From a virus (taxonomy: Duplodnaviria > Caudoviricetes): DNA of 64,000 nucleotides. A model generated the notes under the pieces. It saw only the letters and a program-made list of their open reading frames with translations, had not been told where the DNA came from and did not search any database. The stretch lies in the IMG/VR virus record IMGVR_UViG_3300021181_000004; one strand, written 5' to 3'. A program made the position numbers and the translations under genes. How positions within the stretch are numbered: the first letter of the stretch is position 1; each line of letters opens with the position of its first letter. Positions 1 through 10,035 of this stretch are shown here, in pieces.

Positions 1-141
1 CCCCGGCTGACGCACAAGCGTTTAAGGATCACGAGGATTACATAAGCACTCTTGAAAGCGTAATGGCTGATGATAAGAAAAATAGTCTAAATGCCAATGA
101 TGCTCTGATTGACTAATCTTTTAGAATGAAGGGATTAGCAA

Positions 142-3100
142 GTGCCTACCATTACTCTAGAAGACATCCTCACCAATAAAGCGAAAGATAAAATGAAGGC
201 TTCTACTGATTTGTCCAAAATCGCTCGTTTGTTTGAGGCGGGATCCATCATTTCCGATGCAAACGGCAGCATGTTTCGGGTGCGGGCAAAAACTGCCGGG
301 CCAGGAGGGGTTGTCTTCAAACTTGCAGACATGCAAGGTAAGCCAGTTCCTACCCCTACTGATTTTCATCCTATCAATCATTACGCGGCAAAACTAGCGA
401 AGTGGATGCGTTTTGTAGTTGCCTACAATGCGGATTGGGATCAGTACGTAAAGGAGTACATCCGAGCAGCTGGTCTCCCGGTAGATGAATCCTACAATTG
501 GGCAAAGTGGTTTCAAGCTAAATTCCTCCCTAAACTTAAAGGTGATGATGAGGTAAAAGATGAAGCGATTCATCACACAATCGTCACGGCTCTTGCTCAC
601 CGCAAAGCTCTAGATCCAAACAATCCCTCGGGGTTTCAGAATGTCATCAAACGGTTCCCAGCGGGTGTCCAAAGTCTCCCACTAGAAAAACAGGTCACAC
701 AATTCCTGCTGACCCTGTTTAGTGGTCGTGTGCAAGAAGCCAATCAATTTATTGATAAAGTCCAGCGCCCGGATAGTGATTCTATAAGCGAGCCAACCAA
801 GGATGACCCCAACGAAAATGGACGCAATGCTATTGATGTTCAGAACTATGCCACTCCATCTGGCGAACAAGCAACCAATTTTCGCATGGATATGGCAAAG
901 TTCAGTAAGGCATTCGCTGGCTGGCTCCGCAAAAACGAGCATGGAGAAGCTGCAGTAAACTATCTCCATCTGTTGAACGCCGTAATCTATTTCGTTTTAC
1001 ATGCGAAGCAGGAACCTAAGATCAGTGACATCAGTCCATTGTGGAGTCGGTTGACTCAGAATGAGAAGCATCCTAAGGGTCTGGGTTTTGATTCTTTGAA
1101 GACATATTGGGGTAAGTTTGCCCAATTGGTGAAGAAGTTTGTTGAAGATTCTGCTGGAGAGTTAGAAGACAATCCTCTGGTAGCAATTGTGGAACGCATG
1201 CCCGATGTTAACAAGGCTATGCCAGCCAAAGCTTCGTCATTGCTGAAAGGCTTGAAAGTTGCGGACGTGGAGCAATGTTCAGCTAATGAGTTTTGTCCTC
1301 AATGTCATGCTGATGCGGAACATTGCAAGTGCCCCAATAAAGAGAGTCTCCTTGATGGAAAAACTACAGGAGATCATGAGGCAGCGGGCTTTGGAGAGAA
1401 CAGTGACGGTCAGATCATTCAAGCCTATTGCCCACTCTGCGGTAGCTCTCCTGTATATCAAGAAGACCCGGCAGCAGGTGCTCCTACGCCGTACTATTGC
1501 CATTTCTGTAATCGTGGTTTTGATCAACCTAAGCCTCTGATCCCTGGTCACAGTTATGATCCTGAGCGTCTGAACAAGAAAGGCGAAGTGGACGCTGGTG
1601 GAGCAAAGTACGTGGGTGACAATGATCCAGAGAAGATGGGTGGGAAGACTGCAGACGACGTAAGTGGGGACTTCTCCGAAGCCAAAGCTGAGGTTGTCTC
1701 TCCTGACACGGTGGATAATGACATCAAGCAATCAACTGAACCTATCGAGAAGCAGGGTAGTGAATCTCTGGGTATAGGCGATTTAGTAGAACTCATGGGG
1801 CAAACTTATGAGATTGGTTTTATTAAACAGGATAATGCTAAACTACAAAATCCCAATACTCATGAACGTATTTCACAAGGTTATGCTTCAAACTGGATTC
1901 CTTTAAAAAATCTTCATTTTATAAAGAAGTATAATCCAGAAGCTGACCGTACAAAGCAGGGCCGACTTGACACTCCTGCTGTGACTTCAGATCCTGCACG
2001 TGCTCCTGGTGTGGAAGGAGATTTTGCTCAGGCTAAATCGAATACAGTTTCTGTGGATACAATCGATAAAGATATTCACCAACGTACTGTATCCCCGGCT
2101 GAAGCAGCCAAGGTTGCGTCTCAGGGCGGACACCCGCAATCCTGTTGGGGATGTGGTCCTGACTGGAGTCATCGCTGGCAGGAAGAAGATCTCGCTGCTG
2201 TAAAAATTGAAGGCGAGACTTATCGCATCTGCCCTGATTGTATTGAAGATGTAGGGCCAGAGAATCTAGAATTCGACAATACCCCTGATGAAGGATCTGA
2301 TGTATCCGTATCCATAGACAGTTTGAGGCCACGTGAAAGCGCCATGGAAAAAGAGGCAGGGCCGTTTGATCTTCAAAATTCTCCGAGTGATTATAGCAAG
2401 GGTGCTCCGAGCAATGAAGGTCCAGATGAAAATCCCAACGAATGCCCGGAATGTGAACACGAGCTGCCCCATGATCCACGCTACGGTTGTGAACACGAGT
2501 TTGGGGACATGCCTGGTGGAGAAGGCGATTTCGGACCTTATGGTGCTCAAGCTCGCGGGCCGTGTGGTTGTATGTATGGTATCAAGACAGGCAGTATGCG
2601 TCTGGCAGCTCTAAAGACCGCAGTTCTTCCTCACGAGTTTACTAATGGTATCCGCTCACAGACCAATGTGCAGGATACTGGAAGGCTGGAGGGGGATACA
2701 GGGCCACAATCTCCAAGTGAACGTGATCCTAATTGGCGAGTTACTGGTGCAGAATGGGATCCAGACACCAAATCATATTCTCATCCTGACAATTGCTCGG
2801 AGTGTGGTGGTTCGGGTGTGAAATCAGCTCCTCCCGCAGCCGCCGATACAACTTTCCAGGGTGCAGGTCCATGCCCCGTATGCCAGGGCAGTGGAAAGAT
2901 AGATAAAAAAGGTGCAGCGGCTCCTCCCTCCAACCCCGGCGTTGGTGGCGCAGCGGGCTTGACGCCGAATCAGAATCCAAACGCAAATATTCCCAATCAG
3001 AAGCAAGCTCCTCCCGTACCCTCTGATCTGGAAGAGAGAATGGACGTTTTGGAACAATCAAAAGAGAAGCATACTGTCCCACCCGATCTTCCGTTCTCAA

Positions 3101-4140
3101 AACTCCATCTGCAATCGTTGAAAACAAAGGTGCAGGCAGCGAGCATGATTGTAGCAGGCGCGAACCGTGATATCATCAAGAAGCTTGAAGATGCAATGAT
3201 TTTCGATCGCGTGGGTTGGTCTGGGAAGTTTCAAGAGTACATCTGCAAAGAAACCTATTTCTACACTCATGGGCGGAACGAAGACAAGCTGGCTGAGGCG
3301 GTCAAGCGCCTCATCCCTGAGGCAGTGATTACAAGTGCTCGTAACTATTGGCATTCATGGCCTAAAGAAAGCTATTGGGAAGTTCGTTTCAAAGTTCCAC
3401 CGAATTCTGAAAACACCACTCCGGCAACTACGGAAACCAATGAACAGGAGACAGTTATGGCAGAACCCAAGACTCAAGGTGCAGTTGCTTCGCAGAAACG
3501 AGCATCTGTCCTCGAAAAAATTAAGGCTCGCAGGACGGCAAAGGATAATGCTAAATGGGCACAGCTCCGCCGTGTAGCAGATGAGAATTCCCCCCAGGCG
3601 GCTGAGGCATTAGATCAGCTTGCGCAAGCGTTTGGTGAGCTTGCAGACCGCGTAGATGCTTTCCGTGAGAATTTGGATCTAGTTGATGCCCCGGTCACTG
3701 CATCTCTAAAGACTCGTATTGCTGCGAAGCGTGCATTGGGAACTCGTTTGAAGAAATATGCTGAAGAAAGTCCGCAGATTCTAGCAGATGCTGTGAACGA
3801 ATTATTCAAATCCCTGGACGAAGTTGCTGCAGGTGTAGAAGCATTTGCTGATAACATGGGGATCGAACTCAATATGACCCCGGTAGAAGAAGCTTTTGTA
3901 GATGAAGGCCAAGCTGAAATCGAACATGGGGAAGAGATGGGCGAAGAAATGGCTGGTGGTGAAGAAAGTGAAGGAGCACTATCCCAAATACATGGTGACT
4001 TCGGACATTCAGTAGAAGCGAATTCCGGCTCCGGCGCGAAAGGTTGGACAAACGATCGCGATGAATCTGGGCAGCCAAAGTCACCTACCAAGGTAGACCA
4101 GATGCCTACGACTTCCCAAGGTCAGACACCGCCGAAGTAA
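142..4140 (+). CDS. Giant modular phage protein (1332 aa), probable head/ejection or polyprotein-like, with many CxxC modules and K-x-A/G linkers
   Basis: Long ORF preceded by GAAGGG. Acidic low-complexity linkers, several CxxC pairs, and recurrent KTA/KVA/KEA/KQG/KKG motifs shared with the other giant ORFs. Function inferred only. Confidence 0.55.
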   Translation: MPTITLEDILTNKAKDKMKASTDLSKIARLFEAGSIISDANGSMFRVRAKTAGPGGVVFKLADMQGKPVPTPTDFHPINHYAAKLAKWMRFVVAYNADWDQYVKEYIRAAGLPVDESYNWAKWFQAKFLPKLKGDDEVKDEAIHHTIVTALAHRKALDPNNPSGFQNVIKRFPAGVQSLPLEKQVTQFLLTLFSGRVQEANQFIDKVQRPDSDSISEPTKDDPNENGRNAIDVQNYATPSGEQATNFRMDMAKFSKAFAGWLRKNEHGEAAVNYLHLLNAVIYFVLHAKQEPKISDISPLWSRLTQNEKHPKGLGFDSLKTYWGKFAQLVKKFVEDSAGELEDNPLVAIVERMPDVNKAMPAKASSLLKGLKVADVEQCSANEFCPQCHADAEHCKCPNKESLLDGKTTGDHEAAGFGENSDGQIIQAYCPLCGSSPVYQEDPAAGAPTPYYCHFCNRGFDQPKPLIPGHSYDPERLNKKGEVDAGGAKYVGDNDPEKMGGKTADDVSGDFSEAKAEVVSPDTVDNDIKQSTEPIEKQGSESLGIGDLVELMGQTYEIGFIKQDNAKLQNPNTHERISQGYASNWIPLKNLHFIKKYNPEADRTKQGRLDTPAVTSDPARAPGVEGDFAQAKSNTVSVDTIDKDIHQRTVSPAEAAKVASQGGHPQSCWGCGPDWSHRWQEEDLAAVKIEGETYRICPDCIEDVGPENLEFDNTPDEGSDVSVSIDSLRPRESAMEKEAGPFDLQNSPSDYSKGAPSNEGPDENPNECPECEHELPHDPRYGCEHEFGDMPGGEGDFGPYGAQARGPCGCMYGIKTGSMRLAALKTAVLPHEFTNGIRSQTNVQDTGRLEGDTGPQSPSERDPNWRVTGAEWDPDTKSYSHPDNCSECGGSGVKSAPPAAADTTFQGAGPCPVCQGSGKIDKKGAAAPPSNPGVGGAAGLTPNQNPNANIPNQKQAPPVPSDLEERMDVLEQSKEKHTVPPDLPFSKLHLQSLKTKVQAASMIVAGANRDIIKKLEDAMIFDRVGWSGKFQEYICKETYFYTHGRNEDKLAEAVKRLIPEAVITSARNYWHSWPKESYWEVRFKVPPNSENTTPATTETNEQETVMAEPKTQGAVASQKRASVLEKIKARRTAKDNAKWAQLRRVADENSPQAAEALDQLAQAFGELADRVDAFRENLDLVDAPVTASLKTRIAAKRALGTRLKKYAEESPQILADAVNELFKSLDEVAAGVEAFADNMGIELNMTPVEEAFVDEGQAEIEHGEEMGEEMAGGEESEGALSQIHGDFGHSVEANSGSGAKGWTNDRDESGQPKSPTKVDQMPTTSQGQTPPK
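407..456 (+). repeat. 50-bp inverted repeat, copy 1 (partner 4370-4419)
   Basis: 407-456 equals the reverse complement of 4370-4419 at 49/50 positions. Confidence 0.95.
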
Positions 4141-4216
4141 CTTGACTTAGCGTATCTACGAATTGTTTGGCCTCTGAAGTAACTTGACTTAGCGTATCTA
4201 CGAATTGTTTGGCCTC
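4134..4216. repeat. 42-bp tandem duplication (EAKQFVDTLSQVTS x2 on the - strand)
   Basis: gaagtaacttgacttagcgtatctacgaattgtttggcctc at 4134 and 4176. Confidence 0.95.
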
Positions 4217-4369
4217 AAGCAAACCAGCAGCAGTTATTTCACGAACTAATTTGATAGCCGGGATATTACCTTCATTCAGTAATGTGCGTCTGATTCCTAG
4301 CAGTTGATTTTTGGTAAGATCAGAGATAGAATTTGCACGGCCAAGATTAAATGCCAGTAGTGAGACTTG

Positions 4370-4419
4370 CTCCTTTACGTACTGATCCCAATCCGCATTG
4401 TAGGCAACCACAAAACGCA
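4370..4419 (-). repeat. 50-bp inverted repeat, copy 2
   Basis: On the - strand it matches 407-456 with a single A/G difference. Confidence 0.95.
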
Positions 4420-4571
4420 CTACGCCCTTCGTCTACACCACGCTCGAAGGCGTCGCGCATAGCAGCCTGCATCTGTGTTATCAACACATTCTGTATGGTT
4501 TCAGACATCCAATTGAAGCTGCGAACAAGCTCGCAGAATTCATCGTGACGATTCATTTGTTTTCTCCAATT

Positions 4572-5315
4572 CTATTCTACTGCTGCCATAGCCAACTCGG
4601 GTAACTTCAACTCGGGTACTTCAACCGGAGGCTGCAATTGATGAACAGGTACAATATCGATCAGCTTATCCGCCTTGTGCCCGTTACAAATAGAACACAT
4701 GGTCTGATAGTTGCTCATGATGTCTAAACCGCCCTTGGCTCGAGGTATGATGTGATCTTTGGTCATCAGCACTTCTTGCAAACCGCCGTCGGGCAAAAGT
4801 TTTAGTGCATACATGTTTAGATGCCAAGAGGATTGTTCCGTGTTCATTGCTCGGTACTCAGTCGTGTGACGATGGCCGTTTTCAGTCGGAATTTTAACCA
4901 TCTTAGCACTACGCTCTTTGGCAAAGTATAATCCTTCCAGCCCACAACGAACACAGAAGTAGTTCTGACGGAACAGAAAGTATCTTTGAGATACCAACCT
5001 GATCCAGTCACCGTTGAATTCTCGTTTTTGATAAAGAAAGTTGAAGACATCTTCTCGATTGAAGATACCATCGCGTTCATAGCCGCCCGTAAATCCTGTA
5101 AATTTCAAAAGGAATTGACCAAAGCAGGGTTTGACATTGGCTTGCTTGGGCCAGGGTGGGAATTGAATGCTCAACTGCCGCCAGCGCGGTGGGTTTGGAA
5201 ATAAAAGAAACTGAATGGGATCAGGCCGCGTCGGGAGGGCCACTCTCCGTTGCTTCTTGCTTTTTTGTTGCGGCAAGACTATTTTGTTGCCGCGCTTCTT
5301 GTGCTTGTTAGACAT
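4572..5315 (-). CDS. HNH endonuclease
   Basis: C-terminal TKDHIIPRAKGG...SNYQTMCSICNGHK motif, plus an earlier CVRC. Confidence 0.8.
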   Translation of the reverse strand: MSNKHKKRGNKIVLPQQKSKKQRRVALPTRPDPIQFLLFPNPPRWRQLSIQFPPWPKQANVKPCFGQFLLKFTGFTGGYERDGIFNREDVFNFLYQKREFNGDWIRLVSQRYFLFRQNYFCVRCGLEGLYFAKERSAKMVKIPTENGHRHTTEYRAMNTEQSSWHLNMYALKLLPDGGLQEVLMTKDHIIPRAKGGLDIMSNYQTMCSICNGHKADKLIDIVPVHQLQPPVEVPELKLPELAMAAVE

Positions 5316-5417
5316 TTCCCTAGCTTCGGCAAGAACCCATCACGGTTCTTCGTGAACGTTTGTTCAGTTCGCACTGAATTCTCTCGGTGGGACTTATGCT
5401 TGTAAATCTTGTGCTCA

Positions 5418-5876
5418 TTAGAGTGAAGCCGCCGCAGACTTGGATTGAATTTTGGATTCGAGGGCGGCAACCTTGGCTCTTAGTTCCTCGTAGCTCATCT
5501 TCTTTTCTGAGATCACCTGAAATGGCTTGTCCCACCGACCGATGTGAATGTAGGCGTAGTGACCAACATTGAAGTAATCGGACATAATGTCCGACTTGTC
5601 CCAGTTGCCGGTATTCATTGCGTCGCGAATCTTTTTGAAGATTTCCAACAGGTCGCCAGAGAATTGCCCTTCCAGACAGAACTCGTTTAGTTGGATGTAA
5701 CCATTCGACCAGCTGCTGTGCCCAGAATGGGCTGCAAACAGATCAATCGGGGCGGCCATAATTCGAAGAGTAATGCTGGAGTGATGAACACTTAGACTGT
5801 ACTTCCAGTCAGCAGGAATTACTTTCTTCAGCTCGACGACGATTTTTGCTTTCTTCTCCTGATTCAGGAACGCCAT
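5418..5876 (-). CDS. Conserved phage protein, LPD29-like
   Basis: GGAGGG RBS before ATG 5876. WKYSLSV...NWDKSDIMSDYFNVGHY...IGRWDKPF recalls the LPD29 family (from memory). Confidence 0.5.
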   Translation of the reverse strand: MAFLNQEKKAKIVVELKKVIPADWKYSLSVHHSSITLRIMAAPIDLFAAHSGHSSWSNGYIQLNEFCLEGQFSGDLLEIFKKIRDAMNTGNWDKSDIMSDYFNVGHYAYIHIGRWDKPFQVISEKKMSYEELRAKVAALESKIQSKSAAASL

Positions 5877-5895
5877 TTGTATTCCCTCCATTCAC

Positions 5896-5925
5896 ATGCT
5901 ACGGACGGACGCTGAACTTCGGGTA
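5896..5925 (-). promoter_or_regulatory. Phage promoter motif TACCCGAAG-N15-TAGCAT
   Basis: One of 10 copies with an identical 15-nt spacer, each directly upstream of a gene or tRNA operon. Confidence 0.75.
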
Positions 5926-5990
5926 GATTTAGTCCTTAATTTTGGTACGTGCGCCTCCCTGATTCTTACGTGCGCCTCACCTTCGTCTTT

Positions 5991-7319
5991 TCATTCAGAA
6001 ACTTCTAGTACAGGTGCTTCCGATGTTCGGCGAGTACGATAGGGCTTGCGTTGCTTCGGGACTTCTGCATTGTTCATGAAAGCATCGCGCAAGATCCTGA
6101 TCCTATTACGTGCACGATTGAATGCTGCTTCATCACAATTCAAGAATTGAGCGGCCTCGTTGAAAGTTCCTGTTGCTGCAATGGCCTCCATTACGGGGAC
6201 TAGTTGGGGGTCATGCTTTTCCAAGAAGGTGGCGAATTCTCTTAGAAAGACGCGGTTTTCATGTTTGGTCTGCTCTTGATGCGAAATATGCATGAGATGC
6301 GAACTGTTGGTATGGACATATTCGTCATCCACAACCTCATAATTTTCGGGGTCTAATTGCGTGGATAGCGAATAGTTCCCAGGTCTACAAATTGGATTTT
6401 TGTTGCGCTTGCTCATGATCGTATTGAATCTGTTGGCAAGGCAATTGTTAACGTAGTTTCGGAATCGTTTCTCCGAGGCTCCATATTGGAGCTCTGGGTT
6501 AAACGTCTGAATCACGTCTTGCATGCCTGCCAACCGCCATTTACTGCGTTCAGGCAGGTACTTCATGTGCAGCAGCAACTCCATCTCCCAGTCCTCTACA
6601 TCTTCGTCCACAATGTATTTATGCAGCCGTTTTTTGACCCAATTACGAATATAATGAGGCCAACGTTCCCAGAATTCTTCAAAATTGCGTGGCACGCAGA
6701 AGCCATCATCTCCAATGAAATGGTTTGTTTCCTGATCGATGGAAAATTTATCACCTGTGTATTTTGCATCAGTTTGCACGTTCTCAGTTTTGTGTTCTAA
6801 GACGTCGAGTATCAGGTCATCCACGTTATCTGTGTCGATTTTTACCGTAATAACGGGATCGTCAGAACGGTCAAGACGAGATTCAAGCTGAGGATCGCTC
6901 GCAAGGTTCCAGACTCCATTAGTATGGCCACCCGTTAGAGTTCCTGAAATAGGAAGGCCAAATGGCGGAACACCCACGATGCGCAATGCGTCGTTCCAAG
7001 GGATTACTATTGCATCTTTGTATTCTATTTTTCCTGCGATTTCTTCAACAAGCACAGCAAATCGAGGGAGAATACGACCTTCCCACAATTTCTTGTTCTT
7101 GCTGATAGCAAGTTCCTGCCAATAGTTTAATCTTTTGGCGGGTTCTAATTTCTCTGGATGCTCCCTGCGTGGCCAAAAAGTTCCTTCAGGAAGAGGGGTA
7201 TAGGCAAATTTTAACAAAGCGGCATCCACTAACCCGCCTTGCAAATTGATTTTTATGGAGCGGTTCGGAGCAAGGACTTTGAAGACAGATGTAGCTTGAA
7301 ACAAATCTGAAACGAACAT
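5991..7319 (-). CDS. Sigma-70/ECF-like factor (C-terminal regions 2 and 4) with an unknown ~190-aa N-terminal extension
   Basis: YIRNWVKKRL...DVEDWEMELLLH...FRNYVNNCLANRF (region 2-like); TFNEAAQFLNCDEAAFNRARNRI (HTH, region 4-like). Confidence 0.6.
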   Translation of the reverse strand: MFVSDLFQATSVFKVLAPNRSIKINLQGGLVDAALLKFAYTPLPEGTFWPRREHPEKLEPAKRLNYWQELAISKNKKLWEGRILPRFAVLVEEIAGKIEYKDAIVIPWNDALRIVGVPPFGLPISGTLTGGHTNGVWNLASDPQLESRLDRSDDPVITVKIDTDNVDDLILDVLEHKTENVQTDAKYTGDKFSIDQETNHFIGDDGFCVPRNFEEFWERWPHYIRNWVKKRLHKYIVDEDVEDWEMELLLHMKYLPERSKWRLAGMQDVIQTFNPELQYGASEKRFRNYVNNCLANRFNTIMSKRNKNPICRPGNYSLSTQLDPENYEVVDDEYVHTNSSHLMHISHQEQTKHENRVFLREFATFLEKHDPQLVPVMEAIAATGTFNEAAQFLNCDEAAFNRARNRIRILRDAFMNNAEVPKQRKPYRTRRTSEAPVLEVSE

Positions 7320-7373
7320 TAAACCTCCACAAACGGATTACTGAGATTTTACAATCCCATGTATCAATATAAC

Positions 7374-7403
7374 ATTCTACGGGACTGCGGGTTGCTTCGG
7401 GTA
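7374..7403 (-). promoter_or_regulatory. Phage promoter motif TACCCGAAG-N15-TAGAAT, upstream of the sigma-like gene
   Basis: Same motif and spacing as the other copies. Confidence 0.75.
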
Positions 7404-7428
7404 TGCTACTTTAATGGGAGCAGAAAAA

Positions 7429-7908
7429 CTACTTGTTTTTGACCGCGACTTCATTTGCATTGACTCTTGCTTGCATGGCATAATCTACGCGAGCTTGCTT
7501 CTCTAGATGAGATTTTAGAGCAGCTTCCGCAGCTTCTGCTTCTAAAATATCCACCGGATCTTTAGTGAGATCAGCTACTTGTCGTGATTTTTCAGCTGTT
7601 ATGCGCAGCTGTTGAGACATGGCGTTATTCACCAGGACATGTGTATCATCGCTAATCTGCTGGATAGATTCTAATTTGGAACCAAGTTGATTGTTAGCGG
7701 TTACCAGATCTGTTTTGACTTTTTCTACTTGTACAGCGGCATTGGTCGCCGCATTATCCGCTTTTGTCGCGGCTGCTGTCTGATTCTTTTTTAGGGTGCT
7801 AAGTCCAGTCCATGCGACAATCAAAGTAGCCAGACTGCTAATTATCACAGGAATTTCTGTCAGCCAGAGTTGAGCGGTTGTCATGGGTACAGCGTCGGGA
7901 AGTGTCAT
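7429..7908 (-). CDS. Single-pass membrane protein with a coiled-coil tail
   Basis: GGAG RBS; hydrophobic IPVIISSLATLIVAWTGL followed by a heptad-rich region. Confidence 0.55.
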   Translation of the reverse strand: MTLPDAVPMTTAQLWLTEIPVIISSLATLIVAWTGLSTLKKNQTAAATKADNAATNAAVQVEKVKTDLVTANNQLGSKLESIQQISDDTHVLVNNAMSQQLRITAEKSRQVADLTKDPVDILEAEAAEAALKSHLEKQARVDYAMQARVNANEVAVKNK

Positions 7909-7946
7909 ATTTCTCCTAGTCAATCTGTAAAGGGGTTAGAAAGTGC

Positions 7947-9941
7947 TTATCTACGACCTCGCCGTCCCACGCTTCTGTGCATGAACGGATTTTTCACTGG
8001 TATACCACCGCCCATTTGTGATTGCATAAGGACTTTATGCTGACGGTCTAAAATTCGTAAATCTTGAATCGATACTGCATCCACACTCATGATTGGAGCG
8101 GGATTCTTAAACATTTGTTCTTGCATGACTAAACTTAAGCCACTTGGATCTAGAGTCATGCGGCCTTCTTCGTTTAGCCATTTCAAGGCAAGATAAGCAC
8201 AACCTTGCGTTGCATCCGACATGTCATCATGAGAGTCTTTCTCTAGTGGGGCTTCTACACGAACCTGATACTTGTTCGTATACTGAGCTTCCACCATCTT
8301 CATTTCATGGAGGTATTTCGGCACGTAGGGAAATGATACACTTCCTCTGTCAATATAGCCTTTAAGAGTAAAAGCCATCTGAGAGTTAATCGCCGAGGTT
8401 AGATTGATAAGTTCAACATTATGGATCTGATTTAATTCAAGAAATTGAATCAGAAGCTGGCCCCCGTATTGATCCGTTCCTCCTTTGAAACATGGCATGG
8501 CTTCGTTAAGGCGAGCAAGCCAAGCCACAACATCTTCTACCGGGAGGCTTCGATACCCGACATATTTCTTATTGGTGAGAAGAGGATCATGGATCCAGCG
8601 TGGAAATTCAAATTCTTCTCCTACCATCATGCGGTCTATGTAATCAAATACAAGTTTAATGCCTGTAGCTCCTGTGGATTCTAGATGAGCGATGGCTACA
8701 GCTGTGGCATCGTGGTCCAGGCCTAAATCAATCCACCAAAAGAATTGACGGCCAATAGAGGTGGTATTGAATGCTACAAGGTTCTCCCTTGCAGTTCCTG
8801 CTATGGGATTTTCACCTTTTTCGTCCCATTGACAATCAACGCAAGACTTTAGTGCCGCTTCAGTAACATAGGTTTCTGATGACTCTAGAAATTCACCACC
8901 GAATTCAGCTTTCCATGTGAGGGAATTCTTATCATATTCATCGCGCAGAACCTCTTCCGTAATGCGGTGATTCATTTCCGCTGTACTTAGTCGGAGAGTA
9001 AAAATTTTACTATCTGCTCCTTGCTCAAGAGCCATTTTGTGGAGATCGTACATCTTACCAACTTTTTTCCAGGGGCTGCTGATGGATAAGATGAGACGAT
9101 CGATAACATCGGTGGTTTCGCCATTTATAGTTTCTTTATGAGAAAATTGGGTCGTGGACGGGGTGGCGGCAGCATAGACTTCATCTGAGGTGCTCCCCTT
9201 CTCAGAACGAAAATGGGCAAATTCATCAAAAGCTAAAAATAGAGAAGAAGGGCCACGAACTGCAGTTGTGGTACACGCAAAGCTCTGCACCTTTATGGTA
9301 GGTGTTACATCACGTTTCTGGCGGTCTGATTCTGACACAAATTTCATGGATTCATTTGAGAGGGTACGCAGATATGGGGTGAAAAATGGACCACGATTTA
9401 TGTCCTCTTTCATCTTTTCAAACAAGCGATTTGCACCAAGGTCATCAGCAGAGAGAAATGTGAAGTCTATAGGTGAACCCGGTACGAGTTGCCAAAATTC
9501 TTGTGGGCTAAAGATATTCAACAACTGGTACAAAGCGTACCCAGCCATTGCCGATACTACTTGAGATTTCCCCCCACGACGACCAACTATGAAGCAGCCC
9601 TCATTGTAGCCGTCGCTAGATAGATCCTGCCAGTTGTCTACATTACAACGACCTTGATCGTGCAATATATGAAGAAACTCTATTTCACTGACTTCACGTT
9701 CTAGTTTCGAATGGAATTTATCCCACATGGGGACTACGACAGGTTTATAATCTAAGGGTACACCAAACATCACTTTAACAATAGTTCGTTGCGCTGGATA
9801 TAGTTTAATGCCGAGACCTTGGGATGACTCGATAAAATCCGTTGCGTTCAATACAGATTTTCCACTGTCTACGGCAGCACGGACGATTCTACCAAAAGTA
9901 GAGTTAGCCGTTCTTTTAGAGAATCGTTCTTGTTTAGGCAT
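7947..9941 (-). CDS. terL: Terminase large subunit
   Basis: Walker A GRRGGKS, Walker B AFDEFAHF, coupling motif ISSP, nuclease motifs IDLGLDHDATA and HDDMSDA. Confidence 0.9.
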   Translation of the reverse strand: MPKQERFSKRTANSTFGRIVRAAVDSGKSVLNATDFIESSQGLGIKLYPAQRTIVKVMFGVPLDYKPVVVPMWDKFHSKLEREVSEIEFLHILHDQGRCNVDNWQDLSSDGYNEGCFIVGRRGGKSQVVSAMAGYALYQLLNIFSPQEFWQLVPGSPIDFTFLSADDLGANRLFEKMKEDINRGPFFTPYLRTLSNESMKFVSESDRQKRDVTPTIKVQSFACTTTAVRGPSSLFLAFDEFAHFRSEKGSTSDEVYAAATPSTTQFSHKETINGETTDVIDRLILSISSPWKKVGKMYDLHKMALEQGADSKIFTLRLSTAEMNHRITEEVLRDEYDKNSLTWKAEFGGEFLESSETYVTEAALKSCVDCQWDEKGENPIAGTARENLVAFNTTSIGRQFFWWIDLGLDHDATAVAIAHLESTGATGIKLVFDYIDRMMVGEEFEFPRWIHDPLLTNKKYVGYRSLPVEDVVAWLARLNEAMPCFKGGTDQYGGQLLIQFLELNQIHNVELINLTSAINSQMAFTLKGYIDRGSVSFPYVPKYLHEMKMVEAQYTNKYQVRVEAPLEKDSHDDMSDATQGCAYLALKWLNEEGRMTLDPSGLSLVMQEQMFKNPAPIMSVDAVSIQDLRILDRQHKVLMQSQMGGGIPVKNPFMHRSVGRRGRR

Positions 9942-9991
9942 TCAAATCCTTCACACTGTAAAGGGATTTGGTATTGGTCGGATATAAAAGA

Positions 9992-10015
9992 AAGACCCCA
10001 CCGAAGTGGGGTCTT
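9992..10015 (-). terminator. Intrinsic terminator
   Basis: AAGACCCCAC-TTCG-GTGGGGTCTT followed by TCTTTT on the - strand. Confidence 0.8.
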
Positions 10016-10035
10016 GTTTGAAACAGACTGAATTG

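Larger units (their letters stand above)
4106..4556 (-). pseudogene. Gene with a ribosomal protein L7/L12 C-terminal-like domain, frameshifted by a 46-nt insertion
   Basis: GGAG RBS and ATG at 4556. Removing 46 nt joins ...AFERGVDEGR to KEQVSLL...; the C-terminus NIPAIKLVREITAAGLLEAKQFVDTL resembles the L7/L12 CTD motif (IKxVRxxTGLGLKEAKDLVE). Confidence 0.55.

Noticed and set aside
407-4419. Inverted repeat as a DGR template/variable pair or a programmed shufflon
   Set aside because: Only one mismatch, no reverse transcriptase or site-specific recombinase in the window, and a microhomology explains it as an insertion. Kept only as a possible recombination substrate.
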